Positions 10,643 through 23,630 of a stretch of 64,000 nucleotides of DNA are shown in pieces. This DNA is from a bacterium (GTDB lineage: Bacteria; Zhuqueibacterota; Zhuqueibacteria; Residuimicrobiales; Krinioviventaceae), in assembly GCA_963674595.2 (NCBI GenBank), contig CAXXFV010000008.1, positions 224,001 to 288,000 on the forward strand, written 5' to 3'. Each line of letters opens with the position of its first letter. Position 1 is the stretch's first letter. The notes under the pieces are model-generated. The model saw only the letters and a program-made list of their open reading frames with translations, ran no database searches and had not been told where the DNA came from. The translations under genes were made by a program, and so were the position numbers.

Positions 10643-10695
10643 CGCATCATATTTTGTCTCACTTGAATAAGGTGAGGCAATAGTTGGTGAACATC

Positions 10696-10768
10696 GCCCA
10701 CGTAGCTCAGTCGGTAGAGCACATCCTTGGTAAGGATGAGGTCACCGGTTCAATCCCGGTCGTGGGCT
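10696..10768 (+). tRNA. tRNA-Thr(GGT)
   Basis: Acceptor GCCCACG/CGTGGGC, arm ATCCT-TGGTA-AGGAT. Confidence 0.97.
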
Positions 10769-10817
10769 CGCAATTTAAATATTGTGTAATTGCTCATATT
10801 TATCTGGAGGAAAAGTC

Positions 10818-12020
10818 ATGGCAAAGGCAAAGTTTGAGCGAACTAAGCCTCATGTGAACATAGGAACAATAGGTCACGTTGATCACGGCAAAACGACCTT
10901 GACAGCTGCAATGACAATGTTTTTGTCAAGCAAAGGTCAGGCGTCAGTAAAAAAGTATGATGAAATCGACAATGCGCCTGAAGAAAAGGCCCGAGGCATA
11001 ACGATAAATACGGCACACGTGGAATATGAAACAGATGCACGCCACTATGCGCACGTAGACTGTCCGGGACATGCTGATTATATTAAAAACATGATCACTG
11101 GAGCTGCGCAGATGGATGGAGCTGTATTGGTAGTATCTGCAGCAGACGGTCCGATGCCACAGACCCGTGAGCACATATTGCTGGCCCGTCAGGTGAATGT
11201 ACCTTCTATTGTTGTGTTTATGAACAAAACAGACCAGGTAGATGATCCTGAATTGTTGGAATTGGTAGAGTTGGAAGTTCGTGAACTGTTGAGTCAGTAT
11301 GAATTTCCTGGTGATGAGATTCCAATCGTTAAAGGTAGTGCTTTGGTAGCAATGGAAAAAGGTTTAGCCGGCTCATTGGAAGGTGAAGAATGGACTCCGA
11401 TCAAGGAGTTGTTGGATGCGATTGATTCTTATATCCCGACACCAACCCGTGACACAGACAAGCCGTTTTTAATGCCTGTTGAAGATGTTTTCTCGATTAC
11501 CGGTCGTGGAACAGTAGGAACCGGAAGAATTGAAAGAGGTATGGTCCATACTGGTGATGAAGTTGAGATCGTAGGACTTGGAGTACACCGTAAATCAGTT
11601 TGTACCGGCGTAGAGATGTTCCGCAAGATATTGGACGAAGGTCAGGCCGGAGACAATGTAGGTTTGTTGTTACGAGGTGTAGACAAGACAGAGTTGGAGC
11701 GTGGACAGGTTATATCCAAACCAGGCTCAATTACACCGCACACCAAGTTTGAAGGTGAAGTATACGTCCTGAGTAAAGAAGAAGGTGGTCGACACACCCC
11801 GTTTTTTAATGGCTATCGTCCACAGTTTTACTTTAGAACAACGGATGTAACAGGTAAAGTAGATTTACCTGAAGGAATAGAGATGGTAATGCCCGGCGAC
11901 AATGTAACGGTTACCGGCGAATTGATAACCCCGATAGCAATGGAAGAGGGACTACGATTCGCAATTCGAGAAGGTGGCCGAACAGTTGGTGCTGGTGTTG
12001 TAACTAAAGTTATTGAATAG
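10818..12020 (+). CDS. tuf: Elongation factor Tu (copy 1)
   Basis: [14 protein letters not shown] and NKTD motifs; ATG 10818 follows GGAGG and matches the start of copy 2. Confidence 0.99.
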   Translation: MAKAKFERTKPHVNIGTIGHVDHGKTTLTAAMTMFLSSKGQASVKKYDEIDNAPEEKARGITINTAHVEYETDARHYAHVDCPGHADYIKNMITGAAQMDGAVLVVSAADGPMPQTREHILLARQVNVPSIVVFMNKTDQVDDPELLELVELEVRELLSQYEFPGDEIPIVKGSALVAMEKGLAGSLEGEEWTPIKELLDAIDSYIPTPTRDTDKPFLMPVEDVFSITGRGTVGTGRIERGMVHTGDEVEIVGLGVHRKSVCTGVEMFRKILDEGQAGDNVGLLLRGVDKTELERGQVISKPGSITPHTKFEGEVYVLSKEEGGRHTPFFNGYRPQFYFRTTDVTGKVDLPEGIEMVMPGDNVTVTGELITPIAMEEGLRFAIREGGRTVGAGVVTKVIE

Positions 12021-12045
12021 TAATTTTTCATAAATTGGAAATAAA

Positions 12046-12195
12046 ATGAGAGATCTTATCATATTAGAGTGTACAGAGTGCAAGCGCAGGAACTATACTG
12101 GAACCAAGAACAAACGCCTGCATTCCGGACGCGTCGAATTTAAAAAATATTGTCGCTGGTGCGATAAACGAACCTCTCATAAGGAAACTAGGTAA
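12046..12195 (+). CDS. rpmG: 50S ribosomal protein L33 (zinc-binding C+ form, 49 aa)
   Basis: Below the ORF cutoff; translates as MRDLIILECTECKRRNYTGTKNKR...KKYCRWCDKRTSHKETR. Confidence 0.97.
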   Translation: MRDLIILECTECKRRNYTGTKNKRLHSGRVEFKKYCRWCDKRTSHKETR

Positions 12196-12203
12196 GCTAG
12201 CGT

Positions 12204-12278
12204 AGGCCTGTAGCACAATTTGGCTAGTGCGCCGGACTCCAAATCCGGAGGTTGGGGGTTCGAGTCCCTCCAGGCCTG
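12204..12278 (+). tRNA. tRNA-Trp(CCA)
   Basis: Acceptor AGGCCTG/CAGGCCT, arm CCGGA-CTCCAAA-TCCGG; canonical position before secE. Confidence 0.96.
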
Positions 12279-12287
12279 CAAAATTAA

Positions 12288-12327
12288 AAACAGCAGAAAA
12301 TATTTAATTCGTCATTTTCTGCTGTTT
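12288..12327 (+). terminator. Hairpin after tRNA-Trp (terminator or processing stem)
   Basis: 14-bp inverted repeat AAACAGCAGAAAAT / ATTTTCTGCTGTTT with 12-nt loop. Confidence 0.55.
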
Positions 12328-12362
12328 ATTATTGTTAGCAAATCAACAACGAGCGGGAAAAT

Positions 12363-12545
12363 ATGTTAAAAAAATTAACCAATTTTTTACGCGATGTTAA
12401 ACAGGAAATGTCCAAAGTAAGCTGGCCGGGCCGTCATGAATTAAAAGGTCAGACAATTATCGTGATAGTTGTTTCGTTGTTTTTTGCGGTATTTATTTTT
12501 GTAGTGGATCACTTATTATCAAGAATCCTTAGCTTAATTTATTAG
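12363..12545 (+). CDS. secE: Preprotein translocase subunit SecE
   Basis: EMSKVSWP motif plus one TM helix, upstream of nusG. Confidence 0.95.
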   Translation: MLKKLTNFLRDVKQEMSKVSWPGRHELKGQTIIVIVVSLFFAVFIFVVDHLLSRILSLIY

Positions 12546-12595
12546 TAAAAGCTAATAAGAATAAATAGCAAGGCTAAAACTAAAGGCGAAGGCTA

Positions 12596-13135
12596 TTGGA
12601 ACAGACAGAAATAAAATGGTATGCAATTCATGTTCTTTCAGGACATGAAAACAAAGTAAAGGCATACCTTGAAAACGAAATCAAGCATTCCGGCCTCGAA
12701 GAGAAAATTGATAATATCCTCGTTCCATCTGAGGAAATTACCGAGATGAAGGAAGGCAAGAAAAGAGTTCGTACTAAAATAATGTTTCCTGGCTACATGC
12801 TCATTCGGATGGCTTATGATAAGGAGACCCGGCATCTTGTTTTAAATACGCCAGGTGTAACCAATTTTGTAGGAAGAAAGAATGAACCTGTGCCTTTACA
12901 GCCCGATGAAGCAACGCGTATATTAGGTAAAGCTGAAGGCGGCGGTAAAGACCGTTCTCAAGTACCTTTTCACGTTGGTGATCCTATTAAAGTTACTGAT
13001 GGTCCATTTACAGATTTTACCGGCTTTGTTGAAGAAGTCAACGAAGAAAAAAGCAAAGTTAAAGTTATGGTCAGCATTTTTGGCCGTTCCACTCCGGTAG
13101 AATTGGATTTCCTGCAAATCGAACTGGAATCTTAA
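12596..13135 (+). CDS. nusG: Transcription termination/antitermination factor NusG
   Basis: WYAIHVLSGHE, FPGY and KOW GPFTDF motifs; TTG start. Confidence 0.98.
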   Translation: MEQTEIKWYAIHVLSGHENKVKAYLENEIKHSGLEEKIDNILVPSEEITEMKEGKKRVRTKIMFPGYMLIRMAYDKETRHLVLNTPGVTNFVGRKNEPVPLQPDEATRILGKAEGGGKDRSQVPFHVGDPIKVTDGPFTDFTGFVEEVNEEKSKVKVMVSIFGRSTPVELDFLQIELES

Positions 13136-13146
13136 GGTATTGACTT

Positions 13147-13572
13147 ATGGCAAAAAAAGTAATAGGTACAATAAAATTACAAATCCCTGCTGGTGCTGCA
13201 AATCCGTCTCCTCCTGTTGGCCCTGCCTTAGGTCAGCATGGTGTGAACATTATGGAGTTTTGTAAAGCATATAATGCAAGAACGCAAGATAAGCAGGGTC
13301 TGATTATTCCCGTAATTATCACGGTTTATCAGGATCACTCTTTTACATTTATCACCAAAACTCCACCTGCTGCTGTTTTATTGAAAAAAGCTGCCGGAAT
13401 TGATAAAGGATCTGGTGAACCGAATCGTAATAAAGTTGCAACAGTAAAGCGTGACCAGGTTAGAGAAATTGCTGAAACAAAAATGGCTGACCTAAACGCG
13501 TTTGATATTGAGATGGCCATGCGTATGGTTGAGGGAACTGCCAGGAGCATGGGAATCATTGTTGAGGATTAG
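13147..13572 (+). CDS. rplK: 50S ribosomal protein L11
   Basis: [12 protein letters not shown] motif. Confidence 0.99.
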   Translation: MAKKVIGTIKLQIPAGAANPSPPVGPALGQHGVNIMEFCKAYNARTQDKQGLIIPVIITVYQDHSFTFITKTPPAAVLLKKAAGIDKGSGEPNRNKVATVKRDQVREIAETKMADLNAFDIEMAMRMVEGTARSMGIIVED

Positions 13573-13616
13573 TTATAGAATCTAATTCTCTCAACAATAA
13601 TCAGTTCGGAGTTAAA

Positions 13617-14315
13617 ATGAAACATAGTAAAAGATTTAATGAAGTATCAGCAAAAGTGGATGGCAGTCAGATATATGCGCTCAGCGATGCTGTAAAGCTG
13701 GTTCAGGAAACTGCTACAGCCAAATTCAACGAATCCGTTGATTTGAATGTGCGTCTTGGCGTTGATCCACGTAAAGCCGATCAAATGGTTCGTGGAACCG
13801 TAATTTTACCGCATGGAACCGGTAAAGAAGTGCGAGTCCTAGTCTTGGCCAAAGGAGATAAAGAAAAGGAAGCTCAAGAAGCAGGTGCTGACTTTGTAGG
13901 CTCTGACGACCTGGTAAAGAAAATTCAGGATGGTTGGCTCGACTTTGATGTTGTTATCGCAACTCCAGATATTATGGCGCAAGTTGGTAAATTAGGACGA
14001 GTTTTGGGCCCGCGTGGTTTAATGCCAAATCCTAAAACCGGCACCGTCACTTTCGAGGTTGGTCAGGCTGTTAAAGATTCAAAAGCTGGTAAAATTGATT
14101 TTCGAGTAGACAAGTACGGTATTGTTCATTCTGCTATCGGAAAATGTTCTTTTTCTGCTGAACAGTTGGTAGATAATATCCGTGCATTTATGGATGTCAT
14201 ACAACGTCTAAAGCCTGCTACTTCTAAAGGTGTATATATTAAAAATATATCTCTTGTATCAACAATGGGTCCTGGTGTCAAAGTTGACAAAAATGCCATA
14301 AATGAAGCAGCCTAG
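13617..14315 (+). CDS. rplA: 50S ribosomal protein L1
   Basis: [15 protein letters not shown] motif. Confidence 0.99.
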   Translation: MKHSKRFNEVSAKVDGSQIYALSDAVKLVQETATAKFNESVDLNVRLGVDPRKADQMVRGTVILPHGTGKEVRVLVLAKGDKEKEAQEAGADFVGSDDLVKKIQDGWLDFDVVIATPDIMAQVGKLGRVLGPRGLMPNPKTGTVTFEVGQAVKDSKAGKIDFRVDKYGIVHSAIGKCSFSAEQLVDNIRAFMDVIQRLKPATSKGVYIKNISLVSTMGPGVKVDKNAINEAA

Positions 14316-14356
14316 TTGTTGACAGCAATTTGAGATTGTGAATTGAGGAAAATACA

Positions 14357-14881
14357 ATGCCACAACCAGAAAAAATAAAAAAAGTTGAGCAGATTTCGGA
14401 AAGATTGGAAAAAGCCAAAAGCATCTTTATGGCTGACTTTTCCGGTTTAACCGTTGAAGAAATGACTGAACTTCGAACAGAGTTTAGAAAAAATGATGTC
14501 GAATTTCTTGTTGTTAAGAATACTCTTGCAAAACTTTCGGCTAAAAAAGTTGGTTTTGACAATATTGATGAATATTTGAGCGGCCCTACAGGTCTTGCTT
14601 TAGGTTTTGGTGATCCTGTTGCACCAGTCCGGGTAATTGCTGAGTATAATAAAAGCAAAAAGAAAGAAAAGCCCGTTGTCAAAGCTGCTATCCTTGAGGG
14701 GCAGGTATTAAACAAAGAAAATGCTGAGGAACTGAAAAATATCCCGCCACGCGAAGTATTGCTTGGCCAGGTTGTTTCCGGTATTGCCTCGCCATTAACA
14801 GGATTGGTTGGCGGTTTAAAAGCTGTACTCAGCCAACTTGTTTACACATTAGATGCAATTAAAGAGAAAAAAGAAGATTAA
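14357..14881 (+). CDS. rplJ: 50S ribosomal protein L10
   Basis: VVKNTL and GPT motifs; operon position. Confidence 0.97.
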   Translation: MPQPEKIKKVEQISERLEKAKSIFMADFSGLTVEEMTELRTEFRKNDVEFLVVKNTLAKLSAKKVGFDNIDEYLSGPTGLALGFGDPVAPVRVIAEYNKSKKKEKPVVKAAILEGQVLNKENAEELKNIPPREVLLGQVVSGIASPLTGLVGGLKAVLSQLVYTLDAIKEKKED

Positions 14882-14917
14882 GCCTTTATCATAATGTAAC
14901 TCAAACGGGAGGATGAA

Positions 14918-15349
14918 ATGCCCGAAGAAAAAGATGTCGCCGTTGAAAAAGAAACAACTGCAGAAATTAACGATCCTAAAGTTGAAGAAATTTTAAAAAC
15001 AATTGAAGAAATGACAGTTCTGCAATTGTCAAAATTAGTAAAAGCTTTAGAAGATAGATTTGGTGTAACTGCTGCTGCTCCTGTTGCCGTTGCTGCTGCC
15101 CCTGGTGCTGCTGCTCCTGCTGAAGCAGAAGAAGAAAAAACCGAATTTGATGTTGTATTAAAATCTGCTGGTTCACAAAAAATTCAGGTAATCAAGGTTG
15201 TACGTGCTTTAACAAGCCTTGGACTTAAAGAAGCAAAAGACGTCGTTGACGGTGCACCCAGTACTATCAAAGAAGCTGTAACAAAAGAAGAGGCTGCCGA
15301 TATGAAAGCCAAACTTGAAGAAGCTGGTGCAGAAGTCGAAATAAAATAA
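14918..15349 (+). CDS. rplL: 50S ribosomal protein L7/L12 with N-terminal extension
   Basis: Ala hinge, KTEFDV and GLKEAK motifs. Confidence 0.98.
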   Translation: MPEEKDVAVEKETTAEINDPKVEEILKTIEEMTVLQLSKLVKALEDRFGVTAAAPVAVAAAPGAAAPAEAEEEKTEFDVVLKSAGSQKIQVIKVVRALTSLGLKEAKDVVDGAPSTIKEAVTKEEAADMKAKLEEAGAEVEIK

Positions 15350-15379
15350 ATATTTTAAAAAATTGCCTGATACATCTGG

Positions 15380-15408
15380 AAGCCGGGCTATTATAGCTCG
15401 GTTTTTTT
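15380..15408 (+). terminator. rplL-rpoB intrinsic terminator/attenuator
   Basis: GCCGGGCTA / TAGCTCGGT stem followed by T-tract. Confidence 0.8.
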
Positions 15409-15434
15409 AAGTTTTTATAATATGAAGAAAGGAA

Positions 15435-18400
15435 GTGAATCCTTTGGCAGTTGGTCAAGAAAGAGAAAGAACAACTTTTTCAAAGATTCCGGCTGCGGCA
15501 GAATTGCCCGATTTACTAGATATACAGCTTAAATCCTTTGAAGAATTTTTGCAGCATAATATTCCGCCCAGTGAGCGGAGTAATCAAGGATTACAAGCTG
15601 TTTTTACTAGTATATTTCCTATTGTCGATAGTCGAGAAAACTTTGAACTATCTTTTATAGAATATTATGTCGACTCACCAAAATATTCCGTAGAAGAATG
15701 TCAAGAAAGAGGAACAACTTATTCTGTTGCATTAAAGGCAAAACTCAGATTATCCATCAAAGATGAATTTGACCCAAATGATCCGCTCTCTAATTCAATT
15801 GAGCAGATTGTTTATTTGGGTAATTTGCCGTCTATGACGCACAGGGGAACTTTTATTATTAATGGCGCTGAACGTATTATTGTCAGCCAGCTGCATAGAT
15901 CTCCTGGTGTATTCTTTGATGAAGTAATTCACCCCAATGGTTCAAAACTTTATTCTGCACGAATAATACCTCTTCGAGGAAGTTGGGTTGAGTTTACAAC
16001 AGATATTTATGATTTGATGAATGTCTATATTGACAGACGCAAAAAATTTCTTGCTACAACACTGCTGCGAGCCATTGGTTATTCTTCTGATAGAGAAATT
16101 CTTGAAGCTTTCAACCTCATAGAAGAAGTTAAAATAACCGATGGTAAATACGACGAATTATTGGGCCGCAAAGTTGTTGACGATATTATTGATGTTAACA
16201 CTGGTGAAGTGGTTGTTGATAAATTTACTGAAATAAGTGCTGAAAGGATTGAACGTGTTGTCGATCTGGCACTTTCGTCATTTGAATTAATAACATCTGA
16301 TAAAATTCTTGGTCAGGAAATTATTAGCAATACCATTCTCAAAGATCCAACACACTCGCAAGAAGAAGCCCTTGAAATTATTTACCGCCAATTACGTTCA
16401 GGTGAACCACCTGATATTGATACTGCCCGTCAACTTATTGAAAGATTATTCTTTAATCCCAAAAGATATGAACTAGGTGATGTTGGACGACATCGGTTAA
16501 ATCGTAAATTGAATATCGATACCGATTCCAGTGTAACTTCTCTAACAAAAGAAGATATTATTGGTATTATTAATCATCTGCTGGACTTACGTACCGGAAG
16601 AGAATCTGCTGATGATATCGATCACCTTGGCAACCGTCGTGTTAGAACTGTTGGTGAACAGCTGTCCGCTCAAATGAGTTTGGGACTGTCTCGTATGGCG
16701 AGAACCATAAAAGAAAGAATGAACCTGCGTGAAAGTGAAAATCCAACTCCACAGGATTTGGTCAATGCCAGAACAATTCTTTCAGTTATTAATACCTTTT
16801 TTGGGACAAGCCAATTATCTCAGTTTATGGATCAAACCAATCCTCTGGCAGAACTAACTCATAAACGACGTTTATCTGCTTTGGGACCCGGAGGTTTGAC
16901 TCGCGAAAGAGCTGGATTTGAGGTTCGTGACGTTCATTATACACACTATGGACGATTATGTCCTATCGAAACGCCTGAAGGACCCAATATCGGTCTTATC
17001 TCTTCTCTTACGACATATGCCAGAATTAACAGCTTTGGGTTTATTGAAGCGCCTTATCGCACTGTTAAGGATGGTGTTGCTACCACAGAAATTAGATATT
17101 TGTCTGCCGATGATGAAGAACAAAAAATTATCGCCCAGGCCAATGCTATATTAGATGACGATGGTAATTTTGTCAATGATAAAATAAAGTGCAGATACCG
17201 GGGTGAATTCCCACTGGTTGATCCTGAAGAAATTGCTTTTATGGACGTTTCTCCAAACCAGATCGTTTCTGCTGCTGCTGCACTGATTCCATTTTTAGAA
17301 CATGATGATGCTAACAGAGCTCTTATGGGATCAAACATGCAGCGTCAGGCCGTGCCATTGCTTGTGCCGGAATCTCCTTTTGTTGGTACAGGTATGGAAG
17401 GTAAAGTGGCGTGCGATTCACGTTCTGTAACTGTTAGCGATTTTGATGGTGTTATTGAACAAGTAGACTCTCGTCAAATAGTTATTAGAAAACAGATTGA
17501 TGAAAGTAATTATGATGAATTTGCTGATTTACTTGATTTTGATCAATCTGATATTAAAGTATACAACCTGACAAAATTTAAACGTACGAATCAGGATACA
17601 TGCATCAATCAACGTCCGATCGTTCATATTGGGCAACGTGTTAAAAAAGGCCAGGTTATTGCCGATGGCGCTTCCACCGATAATGGTGAGCTTGCATTAG
17701 GACGTAACGTGCTTGTAGCCTTTATGCCCTGGCGCGGATATAACTTTGAAGATGCTATTGTAATCTCTGAACGTGTTGTGCAGGAAGATATATATACATC
17801 GATTCACATTGAAGAATTTGAACTTCAGGTTCGAGATACAAAACGAGGTGAAGAAGAACTCACTCGTGAAATCCCTAATGTCAGTGAAGAAGCAACAAAA
17901 GACCTAGATGAAAATGGAATCATTCGGGTTGGTGCTAATGTTACGGCCGGAGATATTCTTGTTGGTAAAGTTACACCAAAAGGTGAAACAGATCCAACAC
18001 CTGAAGAAAAACTCCTTAAAGCCATTTTTGGTGAAAAAGCCGGTGACGTAAAAGATGCTTCTTTAAAAGGTTCTCCTGGATTGAAGGGAATTGTTATCGA
18101 TACAAAACTTTTCTCTCGTAAGAAAAAAGATTCTACAACAAAGAAAAAAGAGAAAAAGTTTTTAGAAGAACTTGATCAGTGGCGTGAAAAAGCAAAAATT
18201 CAAGCACATGAGTTGCGTGACAGCAAACTCAACAAAGTACTTGAAGGAAAAGTTTCTGCCGGTATCAGAGACATTGCCACAGGAAAAATAATAGTTAAAG
18301 AGAATACGGCTATTAATGCCGCTGTATTAAATAAACTGGATTATAATACTGTTGATTGGTCTGTTCAAATAGTTGAAGATACTGCAACAAACACATTAAT

Positions 18401-19253
18401 CAAACAGATTGTTAACCGTTATAATAAAAAAATGTATGATATCGACGACGAATACGAACTTCAAAAATTTAAGGTCGTTGTCGGTGATGAATTACCACCG
18501 GGAATCACACAACTTGCCAAAGTATATGTTGCCAAAAAACGTAAACTATCCGTTGGCGACAAAATGGCTGGTAGGCACGGTAACAAGGGTGTTGTTGCTA
18601 AAATAGTACCCATTGAAGATATGCCTTATATGCCCGATGGCACACCTGTTGATATCGTACTCAATCCTCTTGGCGTGCCCTCACGTATGAATTTAGGACA
18701 GATACTGGAAACCAACCTGGGTTGGGCTGCCAAAGAGCTGGATAAAAATTACGCAACACCTGTGTTTGATGGTGCAACCATAACCGAAATAAGCGAAGAA
18801 ATGGAAAAGGCCGGGTTGCCGCTGTCCGGAAAGTCAGTTTTATTTGATGGAAAAACAGGTGAAAAATTTGATGAAGAGGTCACTGTTGGCTGGATATATA
18901 TATTAAAGCTATCACACCTTGTAGAAGATAAAATTCATGCTCGTTCAATAGGACCTTACTCATTGATTACACAACAACCATTGGGTGGTAAAGCTCAATT
19001 TGGTGGTCAGAGATTTGGTGAAATGGAAGTTTGGGCATTGGAAGCTTATGGCGCTGCTTATACATTACAGGAAATTTTAACTGTAAAAAGTGATGATGTA
19101 CGCGGGCGTTCAAAGACTTATGAAGCGATTGTTAAAGGTGAAAATATACCGGAGCCTGGTATTCCTGAATCTTTTAACGTACTTATTCGGGAATTACAGG
19201 GACTTGGTTTAGATGTTCAACTTATTATTGACAATCGCAAAAAGAATAACTAG
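15435..19253 (+). CDS. rpoB: RNA polymerase beta subunit
   Basis: [20 protein letters not shown] and GGQRFGEME motifs; GTG start. Confidence 0.99.
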   Translation: MNPLAVGQERERTTFSKIPAAAELPDLLDIQLKSFEEFLQHNIPPSERSNQGLQAVFTSIFPIVDSRENFELSFIEYYVDSPKYSVEECQERGTTYSVALKAKLRLSIKDEFDPNDPLSNSIEQIVYLGNLPSMTHRGTFIINGAERIIVSQLHRSPGVFFDEVIHPNGSKLYSARIIPLRGSWVEFTTDIYDLMNVYIDRRKKFLATTLLRAIGYSSDREILEAFNLIEEVKITDGKYDELLGRKVVDDIIDVNTGEVVVDKFTEISAERIERVVDLALSSFELITSDKILGQEIISNTILKDPTHSQEEALEIIYRQLRSGEPPDIDTARQLIERLFFNPKRYELGDVGRHRLNRKLNIDTDSSVTSLTKEDIIGIINHLLDLRTGRESADDIDHLGNRRVRTVGEQLSAQMSLGLSRMARTIKERMNLRESENPTPQDLVNARTILSVINTFFGTSQLSQFMDQTNPLAELTHKRRLSALGPGGLTRERAGFEVRDVHYTHYGRLCPIETPEGPNIGLISSLTTYARINSFGFIEAPYRTVKDGVATTEIRYLSADDEEQKIIAQANAILDDDGNFVNDKIKCRYRGEFPLVDPEEIAFMDVSPNQIVSAAAALIPFLEHDDANRALMGSNMQRQAVPLLVPESPFVGTGMEGKVACDSRSVTVSDFDGVIEQVDSRQIVIRKQIDESNYDEFADLLDFDQSDIKVYNLTKFKRTNQDTCINQRPIVHIGQRVKKGQVIADGASTDNGELALGRNVLVAFMPWRGYNFEDAIVISERVVQEDIYTSIHIEEFELQVRDTKRGEEELTREIPNVSEEATKDLDENGIIRVGANVTAGDILVGKVTPKGETDPTPEEKLLKAIFGEKAGDVKDASLKGSPGLKGIVIDTKLFSRKKKDSTTKKKEKKFLEELDQWREKAKIQAHELRDSKLNKVLEGKVSAGIRDIATGKIIVKENTAINAAVLNKLDYNTVDWSVQIVEDTATNTLIKQIVNRYNKKMYDIDDEYELQKFKVVVGDELPPGITQLAKVYVAKKRKLSVGDKMAGRHGNKGVVAKIVPIEDMPYMPDGTPVDIVLNPLGVPSRMNLGQILETNLGWAAKELDKNYATPVFDGATITEISEEMEKAGLPLSGKSVLFDGKTGEKFDEEVTVGWIYILKLSHLVEDKIHARSIGPYSLITQQPLGGKAQFGGQRFGEMEVWALEAYGAAYTLQEILTVKSDDVRGRSKTYEAIVKGENIPEPGIPESFNVLIRELQGLGLDVQLIIDNRKKNN

Positions 19254-19311
19254 TCTAAAGCAATGATTTATTTTAATGACCAGGCTCAAATTACGAGTTT
19301 GGAGGTGAAAT

Positions 19312-22300
19312 TTGAATTTTATGACGTCACAAAGTTCGGCTTCTCAAAATACAAGATTTAGTTCGATTTATATTGGGTTGTCTTCTCCAGACAAAATTTT
19401 AGAAATGTCGCATGGCGAAGTAACCAAACCGGAAACCATCAACTATCGATCTTTCAAGCCGGAAAAAGATGGTCTTTTTTGTGAAAAAATATTTGGTCCG
19501 GTAAGGGACTGGGAATGTCACTGTGGTAAATACAAACGAATACGTTATAAAGGTATTGTTTGTGACCGCTGTGGTGTTGAAGTGACAATGAAAAGTGTGC
19601 GTCGTGAACGTATGGGACACATTACCCTGGCCGTTCCTGTCGTACATATTTGGTACTGGAAATCACTCCCTTCCAAAACCGGTTATATTCTTGGTATGAG
19701 TATGAAGGATTTGGAGCGTATTATCTACTACGAATCCTATGTTGTGCTCAGACCGGGTAAAAGTGGATATTTATATCAAGACCTGATAAGTGAAGACGAA
19801 TATCTTGATATAACCATGCAAATGGAAGAACTTGAAGCAGATGTTCCTGAAGAAGAACGTTTTAAAGCTGATATCGGTGGACGAGCTATTCTGGAACTTT
19901 TGAAAAATATTGATATTATCAGAATATCAAAAGAACTGCGTCAGGTGGTTAATAATGAAACTTCAGTACAACGAAAAACAGAAGCTTTAAAACGTCTTAA
20001 AGTTATTGAAGCTTTTCGTCGTGCGAATGAACTAAAAGAAAACAGACCCGAATGGATGGTTATGTCTGTTATTCCTGTTATACCACCTGAACTCCGACCT
20101 CTAGTACCTCTTGAAGGTGGTCGGTTTGCAACTTCAGATTTAAATGATTTATACAGACGTGTTATTATTCGTAATAATCGTTTGAAAAAACTGATGGAAA
20201 TTAAAGCTCCTGAAGTTATTCTTCGCAATGAAAAAAGAATGTTGCAGGAAGCTGTGGATTCTCTCTTCGATAACGGTCGAAAATCTTCCGCTGTCAGAAG
20301 CGACGGTAACAGAGCTTTAAAAAGTTTGTCAGACATGTTACGAGGAAAACAAGGTCGTTTTCGCCAAAACTTGTTAGGTAAGAGAATTGACTATTCCGGT
20401 CGTTCTGTTATTGTGGTTGGTCCTGAATTAAGACTTTTCGAGTGTGGACTGCCTAAAGAAATGGCTTTGGAATTATTCAAACCGTTTGTAATTAGGAAAC
20501 TCGTAGAACGAGGATTGGTTAAGACAGTAAAAAGTGCCAAAAAACAGGTTGAGAGAAGAGGCGCTGAAGTTTGGGACATACTCGAGGAGATCATTGAAGA
20601 TCATCCTGTAATGTTAAACCGTGCTCCTACGCTTCACAGGCTTGGTATTCAGGCTTTTCAACCGGTTTTAGTGGAAGGTAAAGCTATTCAAATCCACCCG
20701 CTTGTTTGTGCTGCATTTAATGCAGACTTTGATGGTGATCAGATGGCTGTTCATGTTCCGCTTTCTTTTTATGCCAGGATCGAAACCAAAGTTCTTATGC
20801 TTTCGAGCCATAATATCCTGTCACCGGCTCATGGCCGTCCATTAGCCATACCAAGTCAGGATATTGTTCTTGGTGTTTATTATCTTACAAAGAGAAGAAC
20901 CGGCGCTCTTGGCGATGGTATGATGTTCTCTTCAAGCGATGAAGTAAACATCGCTTATAACGATAATCGTGTTGAATTACATGCGCCCATCCAGGTTCGT
21001 ATTGATGGCAAAATGATCAGTACAACTGTTGGACGTGTTATATTTAATAAAATTCTGCCAAAAGAAATTGGTTATGTTAATGAACTTTTGACAAAAAAAG
21101 CAATAGAAGAACTTATCTCTAATGCTTATGTAAAAATTGGCAACTATCGTACTTCAATCATGCTGGACAGTCTAAAAGAGCTGGGATTTTATTTTGCGAT
21201 GAAATCCGGTGCGACTGTTGGAATTAATGATGTGATAGTACCTGATGAGAAAAATAAATTACTTGATGTTGCCTATAAAAATGTAGATGGCATTCAAAAA
21301 CGGTATGAACGTGGAATTATAACAGACGGTGAACGTTATAACCAGATTATCGATATCTGGACACACACCACCAGTAATGTCGCAGAACGAATGTTTGAGC
21401 GTTTGAAACAGGACCGCCAGGGATTTAATCCAATTTTTATGATGGCCGATTCCGGCGCACGAGGTTCTAAAGAACAGATCAGACAGTTAGCAGGTATGCG
21501 TGGTTTGATGGCTAAACCACAGAAAAAAATGACCGGTTCCATGGGTGAAATTATTGAAAACCCAATTACCGCCAACTTTCGTGAGGGTTTAACGGTGTTG
21601 GAATACTTTATTTCCACACACGGTGCCCGTAAAGGTTTGGCTGATACCGCATTAAAAACTGCTGATGCCGGGTATCTGACACGAAGACTTGTTGATGTTG
21701 CTCAGGATGTTATCATTACAGATCACGACTGTGGCACCATTTTAGGTTTACGGGTTGGTGACCTTAAAGAAGGTGAAGAAATTATCGAATCTATGCAGGA
21801 CCGAATTATTGGTCGTGTTTCTGCTGAAGATGTTTTTGATCCTGAAAGCGGTGATGTTATCATTGAAGCCGGTATGCTTATCGATGAAAAAATCGCTGAG
21901 ACAATTTCACATGCCGGTATAGAAAATGTTATGATTCGCAGTGTTCTAACCTGTGAAGCATCTCGCGGAGTTTGTGGCTTGTGTTATGGACGTAACCTGG
22001 CAACCGGTAAAATGGTTGTTGAAGGTGAAGCTGTGGGTGTTATGGCTGCACAATCAATCGGTGAGCCTGGTACCCAGTTGACATTACGTACATTCCACAT
22101 TGGTGGTACAGCATCTCGTATTGCCGCTCAATCTCAGGTTGCTATTAAACATGACGGAAAACTTGAATGGGACAACCTTAAAGTCGTTGAACGAGAGGAC
22201 GAAACTATAACCCTCGGTCGAAATGGACGTATTAAGGTCCTTGATGAAGATAACCGAATTATTGAACGACTAACAGTTCCCTATGGAGCCAATGTATTGG

Positions 22301-23562
22301 TTAAATCGGATGAACATGTAAAAGCCGGAACTGTTATTTTTAAATGGGATCCTTATTCAGCCAGTATTATTACTGACAAGGCAGGATCCATTCAATTTAA
22401 CGATATTATTGAAAATACAACATACAGAGAAGAACTTGACGAAACCACTGGATTAAAACAGCGTGTGCTTATTGAAACCAGAAGCAGAAATCTAAGTCCT
22501 TCAATTAGTGTTATGGATGAAAATGGTAATGTGGCGTCGAATTATGTTATACCTGTTGGTGCTCACCTTCAAGTAGCTAATGGCGCTAAAGTTGTAGCCG
22601 GTGATTCTCTGGTCAAGATTCCCAGAGAAATTGCCAAAACCAGAGATATTACAGGTGGTTTACCGCGAGTTGCCGAACTCTTTGAAGCACGACGACCAAA
22701 AGAACCGGCTGTTGTTAGTGAAATTGATGGTATTGTACACTTTGGTGAAATTAAAAGAGGTGTACGTAAAATTTCTGTTACCTCTGAAGACGGACATGAT
22801 GAAAAGAGTTATTTGATACCTTATGGTAAGCATGTTCTTGTTCATGACGGAGATTTCGTACATGCCGGTGAAAAATTATCCGAAGGTGCTGTTGCACCAC
22901 ATGATATATTGGCTATTATGGGTGCCAACAAAGTCCAGGAATATCTTGTAAATGAAATACAAGAAGTTTACCGACTTCAGGGTGTGCGAATTAATGACAA
23001 GCACATCGAAGTTATTGTACGACAAATGTTGCAAAAGGTAAAAATTGAAAATGCAGGTGACACCATCTATCTGGAAGGTGACCAGGTTGACAGACTTCAG
23101 TTTTTACAGGAAAATGAAAAAATAAGAAACTGTGTGGTTATAACTGAAAAAGGTGCTTCGAAATATCGTGAAGCCCAGCTAGTAGAATCAGATGAATTTA
23201 GAGAAACAGTTGCAAAACTAGAATCTAAAGAAAAAGATGTTCCACAAGCCAGACCTGCACAGCCGGCAACATTTCAGCCGTTATTGTTAGGAATTACAAA
23301 AGCTTCTCTTACAACTGAAAGCTTCATTTCTGCCGCATCCTTCCAGGAGACAACACGAGTTCTGACAGATGCATCGGTTGAAGGTAAAATCGATTATCTG
23401 CACGGACTTAAAGAAAATGTTGTTATGGGAAATCTAATTCCTGCCGGAACCGGATTAACTAAATTTAAAGAAATGCGTGTTACCGGACCTGAACTGGAAG
23501 CAGAACTGGACCTGATTGAAGATGAAATTGAAGAAGAAGATTTTGATTTAGATGATATTTAA
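19312..23562 (+). CDS. rpoC: RNA polymerase beta' subunit
   Basis: NADFDGD, zinc ribbon and QLTLRTFH motifs; TTG start after GGAGG. Confidence 0.99.
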   Translation: MNFMTSQSSASQNTRFSSIYIGLSSPDKILEMSHGEVTKPETINYRSFKPEKDGLFCEKIFGPVRDWECHCGKYKRIRYKGIVCDRCGVEVTMKSVRRERMGHITLAVPVVHIWYWKSLPSKTGYILGMSMKDLERIIYYESYVVLRPGKSGYLYQDLISEDEYLDITMQMEELEADVPEEERFKADIGGRAILELLKNIDIIRISKELRQVVNNETSVQRKTEALKRLKVIEAFRRANELKENRPEWMVMSVIPVIPPELRPLVPLEGGRFATSDLNDLYRRVIIRNNRLKKLMEIKAPEVILRNEKRMLQEAVDSLFDNGRKSSAVRSDGNRALKSLSDMLRGKQGRFRQNLLGKRIDYSGRSVIVVGPELRLFECGLPKEMALELFKPFVIRKLVERGLVKTVKSAKKQVERRGAEVWDILEEIIEDHPVMLNRAPTLHRLGIQAFQPVLVEGKAIQIHPLVCAAFNADFDGDQMAVHVPLSFYARIETKVLMLSSHNILSPAHGRPLAIPSQDIVLGVYYLTKRRTGALGDGMMFSSSDEVNIAYNDNRVELHAPIQVRIDGKMISTTVGRVIFNKILPKEIGYVNELLTKKAIEELISNAYVKIGNYRTSIMLDSLKELGFYFAMKSGATVGINDVIVPDEKNKLLDVAYKNVDGIQKRYERGIITDGERYNQIIDIWTHTTSNVAERMFERLKQDRQGFNPIFMMADSGARGSKEQIRQLAGMRGLMAKPQKKMTGSMGEIIENPITANFREGLTVLEYFISTHGARKGLADTALKTADAGYLTRRLVDVAQDVIITDHDCGTILGLRVGDLKEGEEIIESMQDRIIGRVSAEDVFDPESGDVIIEAGMLIDEKIAETISHAGIENVMIRSVLTCEASRGVCGLCYGRNLATGKMVVEGEAVGVMAAQSIGEPGTQLTLRTFHIGGTASRIAAQSQVAIKHDGKLEWDNLKVVEREDETITLGRNGRIKVLDEDNRIIERLTVPYGANVLVKSDEHVKAGTVIFKWDPYSASIITDKAGSIQFNDIIENTTYREELDETTGLKQRVLIETRSRNLSPSISVMDENGNVASNYVIPVGAHLQVANGAKVVAGDSLVKIPREIAKTRDITGGLPRVAELFEARRPKEPAVVSEIDGIVHFGEIKRGVRKISVTSEDGHDEKSYLIPYGKHVLVHDGDFVHAGEKLSEGAVAPHDILAIMGANKVQEYLVNEIQEVYRLQGVRINDKHIEVIVRQMLQKVKIENAGDTIYLEGDQVDRLQFLQENEKIRNCVVITEKGASKYREAQLVESDEFRETVAKLESKEKDVPQARPAQPATFQPLLLGITKASLTTESFISAASFQETTRVLTDASVEGKIDYLHGLKENVVMGNLIPAGTGLTKFKEMRVTGPELEAELDLIEDEIEEEDFDLDDI

Positions 23563-23573
23563 TAAAAAAAGAC

Positions 23574-23602
23574 TTGATATTTTAAAAAATATTTTTTATC
23601 TT
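23574..23602 (+). promoter_or_regulatory. str operon promoter
   Basis: A-tract then TTGATA-N17-TATCTT upstream of rpsL. Confidence 0.6.
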
Positions 23603-23630
23603 TATAAGCTTTGGAATTAAGGAGGAATTT

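Noticed and set aside
10782-10817. Apparent 12-aa N-terminal extension of EF-Tu copy 1
   Set aside because: GGAGG precedes ATG 10818, and copy 2 starts at the equivalent codon
15066-15125. GCTGCTGCTCCTG-like tandem repeats
   Set aside because: They encode the normal Ala-rich L12 hinge
15435-23562. Possible inteins or introns in rpoB/rpoC
   Set aside because: Lengths are normal and there are no splicing motifs; the extra segments look like lineage-specific insertions
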